A DNA stretch of 64,000 nt from Escherichia coli (GTDB lineage: Bacteria; Pseudomonadota; Gammaproteobacteria; Enterobacterales; Enterobacteriaceae). Numbering within the stretch: position 1 is the stretch's first letter; each line of letters opens with the position of its first letter. Where the stretch lies: NCBI RefSeq assembly GCF_003334335.1, contig NZ_QOWQ01000022.1. One strand, written 5' to 3'. Of the stretch, positions 26,078-37,334 are shown in pieces. A program made the translations under genes and the position numbers. The notes beneath the pieces are model-generated. The model did no database searches, was not told where the DNA came from, and saw nothing but the letters and a program-made list of their open reading frames with translations.

Positions 26078-29000
26078 TGATTGAACGCGGTAAATTTCGC
26101 TCACTGACGCTGATTAACTGGAACGGCTTTTTTGCCCGAACTTTTGACCTTGACGAGCTGGTCACGACGCTTTCTGGCGGTAACGGGGCGGGTAAATCCA
26201 CCACCATGGCGGCGTTCGTTACGGCGCTGATCCCCGACCTGACCCTGCTGCATTTCCGTAACACTACGGAAGCCGGGGCCACCAGCGGTTCGCGCGATAA
26301 AGGTCTGCACGGTAAGCTGAAAGCGGGTGTCTGTTATTCGATGCTCGACACCATTAACTCGCGCCACCAGCGCGTGGTGGTCGGTGTGCGTCTGCAACAG
26401 GTTGCCGGACGCGATCGTAAAGTGGATATCAAGCCGTTTGCCATTCAGGGACTGCCGATGTCGGTGCAGCCGACACAGCTGGTGACCGAAACCCTGAACG
26501 AACGCCAGGCGCGCGTGCTGCCGCTTAACGAGCTGAAAGACAAGCTCGAGGCGATGGAAGGCGTGCAGTTTAAACAGTTCAACTCCATTACTGATTACCA
26601 CTCGCTGATGTTCGATCTGGGCATCATCGCGCGTCGTCTGCGCTCCGCATCTGACCGTAGCAAATTCTATCGTCTGATCGAAGCTTCGCTGTATGGCGGG
26701 ATCTCCAGTGCCATTACCCGTTCTCTGCGCGACTACCTGTTGCCAGAAAACAGCGGCGTGCGTAAAGCGTTCCAGGACATGGAAGCGGCGCTGCGTGAAA
26801 ACCGTATGACGCTGGAAGCGATTCGTGTCACCCAGTCGGACCGCGACCTGTTTAAGCATCTGATCAGCGAAGCCACCAACTACGTGGCGGCGGACTACAT
26901 GCGTCACGCCAACGAGCGCCGTGTCCATCTCGACAAAGCCCTGGAGTTTCGTCGCGAGCTACATACTTCGCGTCAGCAACTGGCGGCTGAGCAGTACAAA
27001 CACGTCGATATGGCGCGTGAGCTGGCAGAGCACAACGGTGCCGAAGGCGATCTGGAAGCGGATTATCAGGCGGCCAGTGATCACCTGAACCTGGTGCAAA
27101 CCGCACTGCGTCAGCAGGAGAAGATCGAACGCTACGAAGCGGATCTCGATGAGCTGCAGATCCGTCTGGAAGAGCAAAATGAAGTGGTGGCAGAAGCCAT
27201 CGAACGCCAGGAAGAGAATGAGGCTCGTGCGGAAGCTGCCGAACTGGAAGTGGACGAGCTGAAAAGCCAGCTTGCTGACTACCAGCAGGCGCTGGACGTC
27301 CAGCAAACGCGCGCGATCCAGTATAACCAGGCGATTGCTGCGCTTAATCGTGCCAAAGAACTGTGCCATCTGCCGGACTTAACCGCCGACTGCGCCGCCG
27401 AATGGCTGGAAACCTTCCAGGCGAAAGAGCTGGAAGCGACTGAAAAAATGCTCTCTCTTGAGCAGAAAATGAGCATGGCGCAAACCGCGCACAGCCAGTT
27501 TGAGCAGGCTTATCAGCTGGTGGTGGCAATCAACGGCCCACTGGCGCGTAACGAGGCGTGGGATGTCGCTCGCGAACTATTGCGCGAAGGGGTCGATCAG
27601 CGTCACCTGGCAGAGCAGGTTCAGCCGCTGCGGATGCGATTAAGCGAACTGGAACAGCGTCTACGCGAGCAGCAAGAAGCTGAGCGTCTGCTGGCAGATT
27701 TCTGCAAACGTCAGGGCAAGAATTTTGATATCGACGAACTGGAAGCCCTGCATCAGGAACTGGAAGCACGCATTGCCTCTCTTTCCGATAGCGTGTCTAA
27801 CGCCCGTGAAGAGCGCATGGCACTGCGCCAGGAGCAGGAACAGCTGCAGTCTCGCATTCAGAGTTTGATGCAGCGTGCGCCGGTTTGGCTGGCAGCGCAA
27901 AACAGTCTCAACCAGTTGAGCGAACAGTGCGGCGAAGAGTTTACCTCCAGCCAGGACGTCACCGAATATCTGCAACAGTTGCTGGAGCGTGAGCGAGAGG
28001 CGATTGTTGAACGCGATGAAGTGGGCGCGCGCAAAAACGCCGTCGATGAAGAGATCGAACGTTTAAGCCAGCCTGGCGGCTCTGAAGATCAGCGTCTGAA
28101 CGCGCTGGCGGAGCGTTTTGGTGGTGTGCTGCTGTCAGAAATTTATGACGACGTTAGCCTGGAAGATGCGCCGTACTTCTCAGCGCTGTATGGCCCGTCA
28201 CGCCACGCCATCGTGGTGCCAGATCTGTCACAGGTAACTGAACACCTGGAAGGCTTGACCGATTGCCCGGAAGATCTCTATCTGATCGAAGGAGATCCGC
28301 AGTCATTCGATGACAGCGTGTTCAGCGTTGATGAGCTGGAAAAAGCGGTAGTGGTGAAAATCGCCGATCGTCAGTGGCGTTATTCACGTTTCCCGGAAGT
28401 GCCGCTGTTTGGTCGTGCTGCGCGTGAAAGCCGTATTGAAAGCCTCCATGCCGAGCGTGAAGTGCTTTCCGAACGCTTCGCCACGCTCTCCTTTGATGTA
28501 CAGAAAACTCAGCGTCTGCATCAGGCGTTCAGCCGCTTTATCGGCAGTCATCTGGCGGTTGCGTTTGAGTCTGACCCGGAAGCAGAAATCCGTCAACTGA
28601 ACAGCCGTCGCGTCGAACTGGAGCGGGCGTTAAGTAATCATGAAAATGATAACCAGCAGCAGCGTATTCAGTTTGAGCAGGCGAAAGAGGGCGTTACGGC
28701 GCTGAACCGCATTCTGCCGCGTCTCAACCTGTTGGCTGATGACAGCCTGGCGGATCGCGTCGATGAAATCCGCGAACGTCTGGATGAAGCCCAGGAAGCC
28801 GCGCGTTTTGTTCAGCAGTTTGGCAATCAACTGGCGAAACTGGAACCGATTGTTTCGGTATTGCAGAGCGACCCGGAACAGTTCGAACAGTTAAAAGAAG
28901 ATTACGCGTACTCTCAGCAGATGCAGCGCGATGCCCGTCAGCAGGCGTTTGCCCTGACGGAAGTGGTGCAGCGTCGTGCGCACTTTAGCTATTCTGACTC

Positions 29001-30537
29001 GGCAGAAATGCTTAGCGGTAACAGCGATCTCAACGAAAAACTGCGTGAACGTCTGGAACAGGCGGAAGCGGAGCGTACCCGCGCTCGCGAAGCGTTGCGC
29101 GGTCACGCAGCGCAGTTGAGTCAGTACAACCAGGTGCTGGCTTCGCTGAAAAGTTCTTACGACACCAAAAAAGAGCTACTCAACGATCTGCAACGTGAAT
29201 TGCAGGATATCGGCGTGCGTGCTGATAGCGGGGCAGAAGAGCGGGCGCGTATTCGCCGTGACGAGCTGCATGCGCAACTGAGCAATAACCGTTCACGCCG
29301 CAATCAACTGGAAAAAGCGCTTACCTTCTGCGAAGCGGAGATGGACAACCTGACCCGCAAACTGCGCAAGCTGGAGCGGGATTACTTTGAGATGCGCGAG
29401 CAGGTAGTGACCGCCAAAGCGGGCTGGTGTGCGGTGATGCGCATGGTGAAAGATAACGGCGTTGAGCGCCGCTTACACCGTCGTGAGCTGGCTTATCTCT
29501 CCGCTGATGATTTGCGTTCCATGTCGGATAAGGCGTTAGGTGCGCTGCGTCTGGCGGTGGCGGATAACGAACATCTGCGCGACGTGCTGCGCATGTCGGA
29601 AGATCCGAAACGTCCGGAGCGTAAAATTCAGTTCTTCGTGGCGGTTTATCAGCATCTGCGTGAACGTATTCGTCAGGATATTATTCGTACCGATGATCCG
29701 GTGGAAGCTATCGAACAGATGGAGATTGAACTTAGCCGTCTGACCGAAGAATTAACCTCCCGTGAACAGAAACTGGCGATCAGTTCCCGCAGCGTGGCGA
29801 ACATCATTCGCAAAACCATTCAGCGCGAGCAGAACCGTATCCGTATGCTCAACCAGGGGTTGCAGAACGTATCGTTTGGTCAGGTGAACAGCGTGCGTCT
29901 CAACGTGAACGTGCGTGAAACGCACGCCATGCTACTGGATGTGCTCTCTGAACAGCACGAGCAGCATCAGGATCTGTTTAACAGCAACCGTTTGACCTTC
30001 TCGGAAGCGCTGGCGAAACTGTATCAACGTCTTAACCCGCAGATTGATATGGGGCAGCGCACGCCGCAGACCATCGGTGAAGAACTGCTGGATTACCGCA
30101 ACTATCTGGAAATGGAAGTTGAGGTTAACCGTGGTTCCGATGGCTGGCTGCGCGCAGAGTCTGGTGCATTGTCGACCGGTGAGGCGATTGGTACCGGTAT
30201 GTCGATTCTGGTGATGGTGGTACAAAGCTGGGAAGATGAATCTCGCCGCCTGCGCGGTAAAGATATCTCTCCTTGCCGCCTGCTGTTCCTCGATGAAGCA
30301 GCGCGACTGGATGCTCGTTCTATCGCCACGCTGTTTGAATTGTGTGAGCGTTTGCAAATGCAACTCATCATCGCAGCGCCGGAAAATATCAGCCCGGAGA
30401 AAGGCACCACCTATAAACTGGTGCGTAAAGTCTTCCAGAATACCGAACACGTTCATGTCGTCGGCCTGCGAGGATTTGCGCCGCAACTCCCTGAAACGCT
30501 TCCAGGAACTGACGAAGCGCCTTCTCAGGCGAGTTAA
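26077..30537 (+). CDS. mukB: SMC-like condensin ATPase MukB, 1486 aa
   Basis: ORF 26077..30537(+); N-terminal Walker [10 protein letters not shown]; long coiled-coil; C-terminal LLFLDEA. Confidence 0.98.
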   Translation: MIERGKFRSLTLINWNGFFARTFDLDELVTTLSGGNGAGKSTTMAAFVTALIPDLTLLHFRNTTEAGATSGSRDKGLHGKLKAGVCYSMLDTINSRHQRVVVGVRLQQVAGRDRKVDIKPFAIQGLPMSVQPTQLVTETLNERQARVLPLNELKDKLEAMEGVQFKQFNSITDYHSLMFDLGIIARRLRSASDRSKFYRLIEASLYGGISSAITRSLRDYLLPENSGVRKAFQDMEAALRENRMTLEAIRVTQSDRDLFKHLISEATNYVAADYMRHANERRVHLDKALEFRRELHTSRQQLAAEQYKHVDMARELAEHNGAEGDLEADYQAASDHLNLVQTALRQQEKIERYEADLDELQIRLEEQNEVVAEAIERQEENEARAEAAELEVDELKSQLADYQQALDVQQTRAIQYNQAIAALNRAKELCHLPDLTADCAAEWLETFQAKELEATEKMLSLEQKMSMAQTAHSQFEQAYQLVVAINGPLARNEAWDVARELLREGVDQRHLAEQVQPLRMRLSELEQRLREQQEAERLLADFCKRQGKNFDIDELEALHQELEARIASLSDSVSNAREERMALRQEQEQLQSRIQSLMQRAPVWLAAQNSLNQLSEQCGEEFTSSQDVTEYLQQLLEREREAIVERDEVGARKNAVDEEIERLSQPGGSEDQRLNALAERFGGVLLSEIYDDVSLEDAPYFSALYGPSRHAIVVPDLSQVTEHLEGLTDCPEDLYLIEGDPQSFDDSVFSVDELEKAVVVKIADRQWRYSRFPEVPLFGRAARESRIESLHAEREVLSERFATLSFDVQKTQRLHQAFSRFIGSHLAVAFESDPEAEIRQLNSRRVELERALSNHENDNQQQRIQFEQAKEGVTALNRILPRLNLLADDSLADRVDEIRERLDEAQEAARFVQQFGNQLAKLEPIVSVLQSDPEQFEQLKEDYAYSQQMQRDARQQAFALTEVVQRRAHFSYSDSAEMLSGNSDLNEKLRERLEQAEAERTRAREALRGHAAQLSQYNQVLASLKSSYDTKKELLNDLQRELQDIGVRADSGAEERARIRRDELHAQLSNNRSRRNQLEKALTFCEAEMDNLTRKLRKLERDYFEMREQVVTAKAGWCAVMRMVKDNGVERRLHRRELAYLSADDLRSMSDKALGALRLAVADNEHLRDVLRMSEDPKRPERKIQFFVAVYQHLRERIRQDIIRTDDPVEAIEQMEIELSRLTEELTSREQKLAISSRSVANIIRKTIQREQNRIRMLNQGLQNVSFGQVNSVRLNVNVRETHAMLLDVLSEQHEQHQDLFNSNRLTFSEALAKLYQRLNPQIDMGQRTPQTIGEELLDYRNYLEMEVEVNRGSDGWLRAESGALSTGEAIGTGMSILVMVVQSWEDESRRLRGKDISPCRLLFLDEAARLDARSIATLFELCERLQMQLIIAAPENISPEKGTTYKLVRKVFQNTEHVHVVGLRGFAPQLPETLPGTDEAPSQAS

Positions 30538-30542
30538 AATTA

Positions 30543-30570
30543 AGGCGGCAGCAATGCCGCCTTTTCTTTT
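30543..30570 (+). terminator. intrinsic terminator after mukB
   Basis: GGCGGCA-GCAA-TGCCGCC followed by TTTTCTTTTT. Confidence 0.7.
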
Positions 30571-30797
30571 TCCGAAAACTCCGTTTCTGCACTAAAAAAG
30601 TGGCACATTACGGCGCGCTTTTCTTTAAACTTCTTTACATTAGGTTATGTAAAAACGTATCGGCGTTTATATACTGAAGATAAGCCTGATGAGTAACAGG
30701 CTTGCTCGTCATACTTTCGTGAGTATTGGCGTTGTACAGGCAAGTCGTAAAATAACAGCCTGGCTATTCAGAGTATGATAAAAACAGGGGGCAAGGG

Positions 30798-32645
30798 ATG
30801 TTGCTTAATATGATGTGTGGTCGTCGGCTGTCGGCAATCAGTTTGTGCCTGGCCGTAACATTCGCTCCACTGTTCAATGCGCAGGCCGATGAGCCTGAAG
30901 TAATCCCTGGCGACAGCCCGGTGGCTGTCAGTGAACAGGGCGAGGCACTGCCGCAGGCGCAAGCCACGGCAATAATGGCGGGGATCCAGCCATTGCCTGA
31001 AGGTGCGGCAGAAAAAGCCCGCACGCAAATCGAATCTCAATTACCCGCAGGTTACAAGCCGGTTTATCTTAACCAGCTTCAACTGTTGTATGCCGCACGC
31101 GATATGCAACCCATGTGGGAAAACCGTGATGCTGTTAAAGCCTTCCAGCAACAGCTGGCAGAGGTGGCGATTGCCGGTTTCCAGCCGCAGTTTAATAAAT
31201 GGGTAGAGTTACTGACCGATCCTGGTGTTAACGGGATGGCACGCGACGTGGTGCTCTCTGATGCGATGATGGGCTATCTCCATTTCATTGCAAATATTCC
31301 GGTCAAAGGCACTCGCTGGCTATATAGCAGTAAACCTTATGCACTTGCAACGCCGCCGCTCTCGGTGATTAACCAATGGCAGCTGGCGCTGGATAAAGGT
31401 CAATTGCCTACGTTTGTTGCAGGACTGGCACCGCAGCATCCGCAATATGCGGCGATGCATGAATCGTTACTGGCCTTACTCTGTGACACCAAACCGTGGC
31501 CCCAACTGACCGGCAAAGCAACGTTGCGCCCAGGGCAGTGGAGTAACGACGTACCGGCGTTGCGCGAAATATTGCAACGCACAGGCATGTTGGACGGGGG
31601 GCCGAAAATTACTCTACCTGGCGATGACACGCCAACTGACGCGGTAGTCAGCCCATCCGCTGTTACTGTTGAAACAGCAGAAACTAAGCCGATGGATAAG
31701 CAAACGACGTCTCGTAGTAAACCTGCGCCTGCCGTTCGCGCCGCCTACGATAATGAACTGGTGGAAGCCGTTAAACGTTTTCAGGCATGGCAAGGATTGG
31801 GGGCAGATGGTGCTATTGGCCCGGCAACACGTGACTGGTTAAACGTAACGCCCGCCCAGCGTGCTGGCGTGTTGGCTCTCAACATCCAGCGATTGCGCTT
31901 GCTGCCAACAGAGCTTTCTACCGGGATCATGGTTAACATTCCGGCCTATTCGCTGGTCTACTATCAGAACGGCAATCAGGTGCTGGATTCGCGAGTCATT
32001 GTCGGTCGCCCCGATCGCAAAACGCCGATGATGAGCAGTGCCCTTAACAACGTAGTGGTAAACCCGCCGTGGAACGTACCTCCAACTCTGGCACGCAAAG
32101 ATATTCTGCCAAAAGTGCGCAACGATCCGGGATATCTCGAAAGCCATGGCTATACGGTGATGCGCGGCTGGAACAGCAGAGAAGCGATTGACCCATGGCA
32201 GGTTGACTGGTCTACAATCACGGCCTCGAATTTACCGTTCCGCTTCCAGCAGGCTCCAGGCCCACGGAACTCGCTGGGGCGCTATAAATTCAATATGCCG
32301 AGTTCAGAGGCCATTTATTTGCATGACACGCCGAACCACAATCTGTTCAAGCGTGATACACGCGCATTGAGCTCAGGCTGTGTACGAGTGAATAAAGCTT
32401 CCGATCTGGCGAATATGCTGTTGCAGGATGCAGGCTGGAATGACAAACGTATTTCTGATGCGCTGAAGCAGGGTGATACACGTTACGTCAATATTCGGCA
32501 GTCGATTCCGGTGAATCTCTACTACCTGACGGCCTTTGTTGGTGCAGATGGTCGTACCCAGTATCGTACAGATATTTACAATTATGATCTGCCTGCGCGA
32601 TCCAGCTCGCAAATCGTATCGAAAGCGGAACAATTAATCAGGTAA
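30798..32645 (+). CDS. ldtD: L,D-transpeptidase (YkuD domain), 615 aa
   Basis: ORF 30798..32645(+); signal peptide; catalytic region HDTPNHNLF...SSGCVRV. Confidence 0.93.
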   Translation: MLLNMMCGRRLSAISLCLAVTFAPLFNAQADEPEVIPGDSPVAVSEQGEALPQAQATAIMAGIQPLPEGAAEKARTQIESQLPAGYKPVYLNQLQLLYAARDMQPMWENRDAVKAFQQQLAEVAIAGFQPQFNKWVELLTDPGVNGMARDVVLSDAMMGYLHFIANIPVKGTRWLYSSKPYALATPPLSVINQWQLALDKGQLPTFVAGLAPQHPQYAAMHESLLALLCDTKPWPQLTGKATLRPGQWSNDVPALREILQRTGMLDGGPKITLPGDDTPTDAVVSPSAVTVETAETKPMDKQTTSRSKPAPAVRAAYDNELVEAVKRFQAWQGLGADGAIGPATRDWLNVTPAQRAGVLALNIQRLRLLPTELSTGIMVNIPAYSLVYYQNGNQVLDSRVIVGRPDRKTPMMSSALNNVVVNPPWNVPPTLARKDILPKVRNDPGYLESHGYTVMRGWNSREAIDPWQVDWSTITASNLPFRFQQAPGPRNSLGRYKFNMPSSEAIYLHDTPNHNLFKRDTRALSSGCVRVNKASDLANMLLQDAGWNDKRISDALKQGDTRYVNIRQSIPVNLYYLTAFVGADGRTQYRTDIYNYDLPARSSSQIVSKAEQLIR

Positions 32646-32825
32646 ATGAAGTAGTTCGGGGAAATCAGTTGTCGTAATAATTAGCATGATTGGGGGCGAT
32701 TCTCTGCAGCCCCCGTCACTGCTGGGGTTGAGTCATCTTGACGTCTGCTTTACGGGCGGTTAAGGTGCCTCTTGTGCGCCAGAAGTGCATATAAACGATA
32801 ACATTGACCTGTAGACTTGATTATC

Positions 32826-33374
32826 ATGGACAAATTCGACGCTAATCGCCGCAAATTGCTGGCGCTTGGTGGCGTTGCACTCGGTGCCGCCATCCTGCCG
32901 ACCCCTGCGTTTGCAACACTCTCTACCCCACGCCCGCGCATTTTGACACTCAATAATCTTCATACCGGAGAGTCAATCAAAGCGGAGTTTTTCGATGGCA
33001 GAGGCTATATTCAGGAAGAATTGGCAAAACTTAACCATTTTTTCCGCGATTACCGCGCGAACAAAATAAAGTCCATCGACCCAGGATTATTCGACCAGTT
33101 GTATCGCCTGCAAGGGTTGTTAGGCACGCGCAAACCGGTGCAACTCATTTCCGGTTATCGTTCTATTGATACCAACAATGAACTACGCGCCCGCAGCCGT
33201 GGAGTAGCGAAGAAAAGCTATCACACTAAAGGCCAGGCGATGGATTTCCATATTGAAGGTATCGCGTTAAGCAATATTCGCAAAGCCGCGTTATCTATGC
33301 GCGCAGGTGGTGTAGGATATTATCCACGTAGTAACTTTGTGCATATTGATACCGGGCCAGCACGGCACTGGTAG
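32826..33374 (+). CDS. mepK: peptidase M15-like murein endopeptidase with Tat-type signal peptide, 182 aa
   Basis: ORF 32817..33374(+) trimmed to MDKFDANRRKLLALGG (twin-arginine-like RRKLL). Confidence 0.85.
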   Translation: MDKFDANRRKLLALGGVALGAAILPTPAFATLSTPRPRILTLNNLHTGESIKAEFFDGRGYIQEELAKLNHFFRDYRANKIKSIDPGLFDQLYRLQGLLGTRKPVQLISGYRSIDTNNELRARSRGVAKKSYHTKGQAMDFHIEGIALSNIRKAALSMRAGGVGYYPRSNFVHIDTGPARHW

Positions 33375-33400
33375 TAATTGCTTAACGAAACAGGGGCAGT

Positions 33401-34048
33401 ATGAACTATCGTATTATTCCGGTCACCGCATTCTCCCAGAACTGTTCATTAATCTGGTGTGAACAAACCCGTCTGGCCGCACTGGTCGATCCTGGCGGCG
33501 ATGCGGAAAAAATCAAACAGGAAGTTGATGACAGCGGCCTGACACTGATGCAGATCCTGCTGACGCATGGTCATCTGGACCACGTTGGCGCAGCGGCGGA
33601 ACTGGCGCAACATTACGGCGTGCCGGTTTTCGGCCCGGAAAAAGAAGATGAGTTCTGGCTGCAAGGCTTGCCTGCGCAAAGTCGTATGTTTGGTCTGGAA
33701 GAGTGCCAGCCGCTGACGCCAGATCGTTGGCTGAACGAAGGCGATACCATCAGCATAGGGAATGTGACTTTACAGGTGTTACATTGCCCTGGGCATACGC
33801 CGGGTCATGTCGTGTTTTTTGATGATCGGGCAAAGCTGCTGATTTCTGGCGATGTTATTTTCAAAGGCGGAGTAGGGCGCAGTGACTTCCCGCGTGGCGA
33901 TCATAATCAACTGATTTCTTCAATCAAAGATAAATTGCTGCCACTGGGGGATGACGTGATATTTATTCCGGGTCACGGACCATTATCCACACTTGGTTAT
34001 GAACGCCTGCATAATCCCTTCCTGCAAGACGAAATGCCCGTCTGGTAA
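33401..34048 (+). CDS. gloC: metallo-beta-lactamase fold hydrolase (glyoxalase II-like), 215 aa
   Basis: ORF 33401..34048(+); THGHLDHVG metal-binding motif. Confidence 0.88.
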
Positions 34049-34110
34049 GGCACATAAAAAAGCCCGCTTTTAATGCGGGCCTGGATTTCTGGCAAAGTGC
34101 GCTTTGTTTA

Positions 34111-34210
34111 TGCCGGATGCGGCACGAGCGCCTTATCCGGCCTACAAAATCGTGCAAATTCAAAATATTGCAGGGGACGCGTAGGCCTGATAAGCGTAGC
34201 GCATCAGGCA
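34111..34210. repeat. REP/BIME-type extragenic palindromic element (two inverted REP units) between gloC and aspC
   Basis: GCCGGATGCGGCACGAGCGCCTTATCCGGCCTAC and inverted GCGTAGGCCTGATAAGCGTAGCGCATCAGGCA. Confidence 0.8.
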
Positions 34211-34269
34211 ATGTTGCGTTTGTCATCAGTCTCAGCCCGCTTTTCAGCGGGCTTCATTGTTTTTAATGC

Positions 34270-35460
34270 TTACAGCACTGCCACAATCGCTTCGCACAGC
34301 GGAGCCATGTTATCTGGTGTCATCCCGGCCACATTTACGCGACCAGAAGCAACCGCATATACGCCAAACTCTTCGCGCAGACGCAGCACTTGTTCTTTTG
34401 TCAGGCCACTGAAGGAGAACATGCCGTTCTGTTTGATGATAAAGCTGAAGTCGCGGTTTGCGCCTTTTTCCTGCAGCGTATTGACGAACAACTGACGCAT
34501 ACGCTGAATACGCTGGCGCATATCAGTCAGCTCTTGTTCCCAAATCGCACGTAACGCATCGTTGCTCAGGATGGTGGCAACAACAGAAGCGCCGTGTGCT
34601 GGTGGGTTAGAGTAGTTAGCGCGAATCGCCGCTTTCATTTGGCTGAATGCGCGATCAACGGTTTCACTGTCGGCAGCAACCAGAGTACAAGCGCCAACAC
34701 GCTCGTTGTACAGGCCAAAGTTTTTAGAGTAGGAACTGGCAACAATCAGCTCTTTATGCATAGCCGCGAAAGCGCGCAGTCCTTCAGCATCTTCTTCCAG
34801 ACCACGGGCAAAACCCTGGTAAGCGAAGTCAAACAGCGGTAACCAGCCTTTCTCAACGGAGAGTTGTGCCAGTGTTTGCCATTGTTCCAGCGTAGGGTCG
34901 ATACCGGTTGGGTTATGGCAGCAGCCATGGAACAGCACTACGTCGCCAGCCTGAGCTTCATTCAGGCTGTTAATCAGTGCATCGAAGTCAAGAGTGTGAT
35001 TTTCCGCATCATAATAAGCGTATTCACGAACTTCCAGACCTGCAGAGTTAAAGACGCTCTTATGGTTCGGCCAGCTTGGGTTGCTCACCCACACACGCTT
35101 AACGCTGGTATTTTTTGCCAGGAAATCGGCAGCCACGCGTAGTGCGCCAGTGCCCCCCGGAGTCTGTGCCGTGCGAGCACGTTTGTCATTGATCAGGGCG
35201 CTACCTTTACCAAACAGCAGTTCCTGAGTGCAGCGACCAAATTCAGGGATGCCGTCAATGCCGAGGTAATTTTTGGTGGTTTCATTTTCGAGCAGATACT
35301 GTTCAGCCTTTTTCACGCTGGTCAGTACCGGGGTTTTGCCCGTCTCATCTTTATAGACACCAATCCCGAGGTTAATTTTGCCGGGACGTTCATCGGCACG
35401 AAACAGATCGGCCAGGCCCAGAATCGGGTCGGCAGGAGCGGCGGTAATGTTCTCAAACAT
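34270..35460 (-). CDS. aspC: aspartate aminotransferase, 396 aa
   Basis: ORF 34270..35460(-); [23 protein letters not shown]. Confidence 0.97.
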   Translation of the reverse strand: MFENITAAPADPILGLADLFRADERPGKINLGIGVYKDETGKTPVLTSVKKAEQYLLENETTKNYLGIDGIPEFGRCTQELLFGKGSALINDKRARTAQTPGGTGALRVAADFLAKNTSVKRVWVSNPSWPNHKSVFNSAGLEVREYAYYDAENHTLDFDALINSLNEAQAGDVVLFHGCCHNPTGIDPTLEQWQTLAQLSVEKGWLPLFDFAYQGFARGLEEDAEGLRAFAAMHKELIVASSYSKNFGLYNERVGACTLVAADSETVDRAFSQMKAAIRANYSNPPAHGASVVATILSNDALRAIWEQELTDMRQRIQRMRQLFVNTLQEKGANRDFSFIIKQNGMFSFSGLTKEQVLRLREEFGVYAVASGRVNVAGMTPDNMAPLCEAIVAVL

Positions 35461-35588
35461 GACGAGGTTCCATTATGGTTACAGAAGGGAAGTCCGCTAT
35501 CAGGGTAACGGGAGATTTACAAAATTCCAACTATTACTGATGAAAACGCAGGCTGTTTTTGCAAGACGTGAGATTGCTCTGGAAGGTA

Positions 35589-35619
35589 TAAAAAAAACAG
35601 GACCAAAGTCCTGTTTTTT
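35589..35619 (-). terminator. intrinsic terminator after ompF (hairpin flanked by A-run and T-run, potentially bidirectional)
   Basis: AAAAAAAA-CAGGAC-CAAA-GTCCTG-TTTTTT. Confidence 0.7.
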
Positions 35620-35644
35620 CGGCATTTAACAAAGAGGTGTGCTA

Positions 35645-36733
35645 TTAGAACTGGTAAACGATACCCACAGCAACGGTGTCGTCTGAACCTACGCCCAGTT
35701 TGTTGTCAGAATCGATCTGGTTGATGATGTAGTCAACATAGGTGGACATGTTTTTGTTGAAGTAGTAGGTTGCGCCCACTTCAAAGTAGTTCACCAGATC
35801 AACATCACCGATACCTTCTACGTCTTTCGCTTTAGATTTGGTGTAAGCGATGGACGGACGCAGACCGAAATCGAACTGGTATTGCGCAACTAACAGAACG
35901 TCTTGCGTTTTGTTGGCGAAGCCGCTGGTGTTTGTAAATTTATTAGTGATCGGCGTAGCGTTACGGGTTTCACCGTAGTTCGCTGCCAGGTAGATGTTGT
36001 TCGCGTCGTACTTCAGACCAGTAGCCCACTGTTCAGCTTTTTTACCGTTGCCAAGAGGTTGAGCTTCTTGCAGGTTGGTACGGTCAGCTGCACCATAAGC
36101 ACCAACGATACCAAAGCCTTCGTATTCGTAGCTGATAGAACCGCCAACACCGTCGCCGTTAGAACGGCGTGCAGTGTCACGCTCGTTTTTACCCAGGTAC
36201 TGAACAGCGAAGTTCAGGCCATCAACCAGACCAAAGAAGTTGGAGTTACGATAGGTAGCAACGCCGCCAACACGACCAACGAAGAAGTCATCGCTGTATG
36301 CAGTATCACCACCAAATTCTGGCAGCATATCGGTGTAACCCAGTGCATCATAAACCACACCGTAGTTACGGCCGTAATCGAAAGAACCAACGTCAGCGTA
36401 TTTAAGACCCGCGAATGCCAGACGCGTTTTGTTACCAGTTTGAGCGTCAGCGCCTTCAGAGTTGTTACCCTGGAAGTTATATTCCCACTGACCATAACCG
36501 GTCAGATCGGAATTGATTTGAGTTTCCCCTTTAAAACCAAGACGGGCATAGGTCATGTCGCCATTGCCACCGTAACTGTTTTCACCGTTACCCTTGGAAA
36601 AATAATGCAGACCAACAGCTTTACCGTACAGATCTACTTTGTTGCCATCTTTGTTATAGATTTCTGCAGCGTTTGCAGTACCTGCTACTAACAGAGCAGG
36701 GACGATCACTGCCAGAATATTGCGCTTCATCAT
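35645..36733 (-). CDS. ompF: outer membrane porin F, 362 aa
   Basis: ORF 35645..36733(-); signal peptide [23 protein letters not shown]-terminal VGIVYQF. Confidence 0.98.
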
Positions 36734-36960
36734 TATTTATTACCCTCATGGTTTTTTTATGACACCTGCCACTGCCGTCAATAAGTTCTGTCAATAAAAA
36801 TTTACGGAACTATTGATGAGAGTTTGGTGTCTTTATGTGTCTGCAGGCATCTTTCCATTCAAACTAACGTTTCGCTACCGTGAAAGTGCTACAAAGATAA
36901 AGATTTGGTTTCAAAAAGAAAAAATATGTAACCAAAAGTAAAATTTAAGGAACTTTGTGA
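36734..36960 (-). promoter_or_regulatory. ompF 5' UTR and promoter with OmpR-binding region (F1-F3 boxes)
   Basis: minus-strand sequence TTTACTTTTGGTTACATATTTTTTCTTTTTGAAACCAAATCTTTATC...TTATTGACGGCAGTGGCAGGTGTCATAAA matches the ompF regulatory region as I recall it; the 600-bp intergenic region is long for this genome. Confidence 0.7.
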
Positions 36961-37293
36961 ACACCGTCATATTTCCATAGAGACGTGATGATATTTACAG
37001 CAATTTTAATCTATTTATATGATTTCCTTATATTTAAATTAACTAAACGGAAATTTTGTTTCTGATGGAAACTTTATCGACCTGGCACAAAATCTTCTTT
37101 CAGACATCCAGAATGCCAAAAAATAGTATGAAAATTGTGCTATTAGCTAAGAAAAAACTAATCCGCAATAAGAATGCGGATTAGTTTTTGCGCGTAAATG
37201 TTGCAATGTAATATTCCGTAACAGGATGATCGTTATGGCGGGGTTGCAAATAGATTGCTTGACTTAACAAACAGATAACTTGACAGAAAAGAT

Positions 37294-37321
37294 AAAAAAA
37301 GAGCCAGCGGGCGCTGGCTCT
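37294..37321 (-). terminator. intrinsic terminator after asnS
   Basis: minus-strand hairpin GAGCCAGCG-CCC-GCTGGCTC followed by TTTTTTT. Confidence 0.7.
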
Positions 37322-37334
37322 TGAAGACGCTAAA

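Noticed and set aside
26077-30537. Apparent internal repetitiveness (E/Q/R/L-rich periodic stretches) in mukB that could be mistaken for a tandem repeat or CRISPR-like array
   Set aside because: It is the heptad-like coiled-coil of an SMC-type protein; there are no exact direct repeats with unique spacers.
34073-34495. 140-aa ORF running through the REP element and antisense to the aspC 3' end
   Set aside because: Composed largely of REP palindrome sequence and antisense coding; not a gene.
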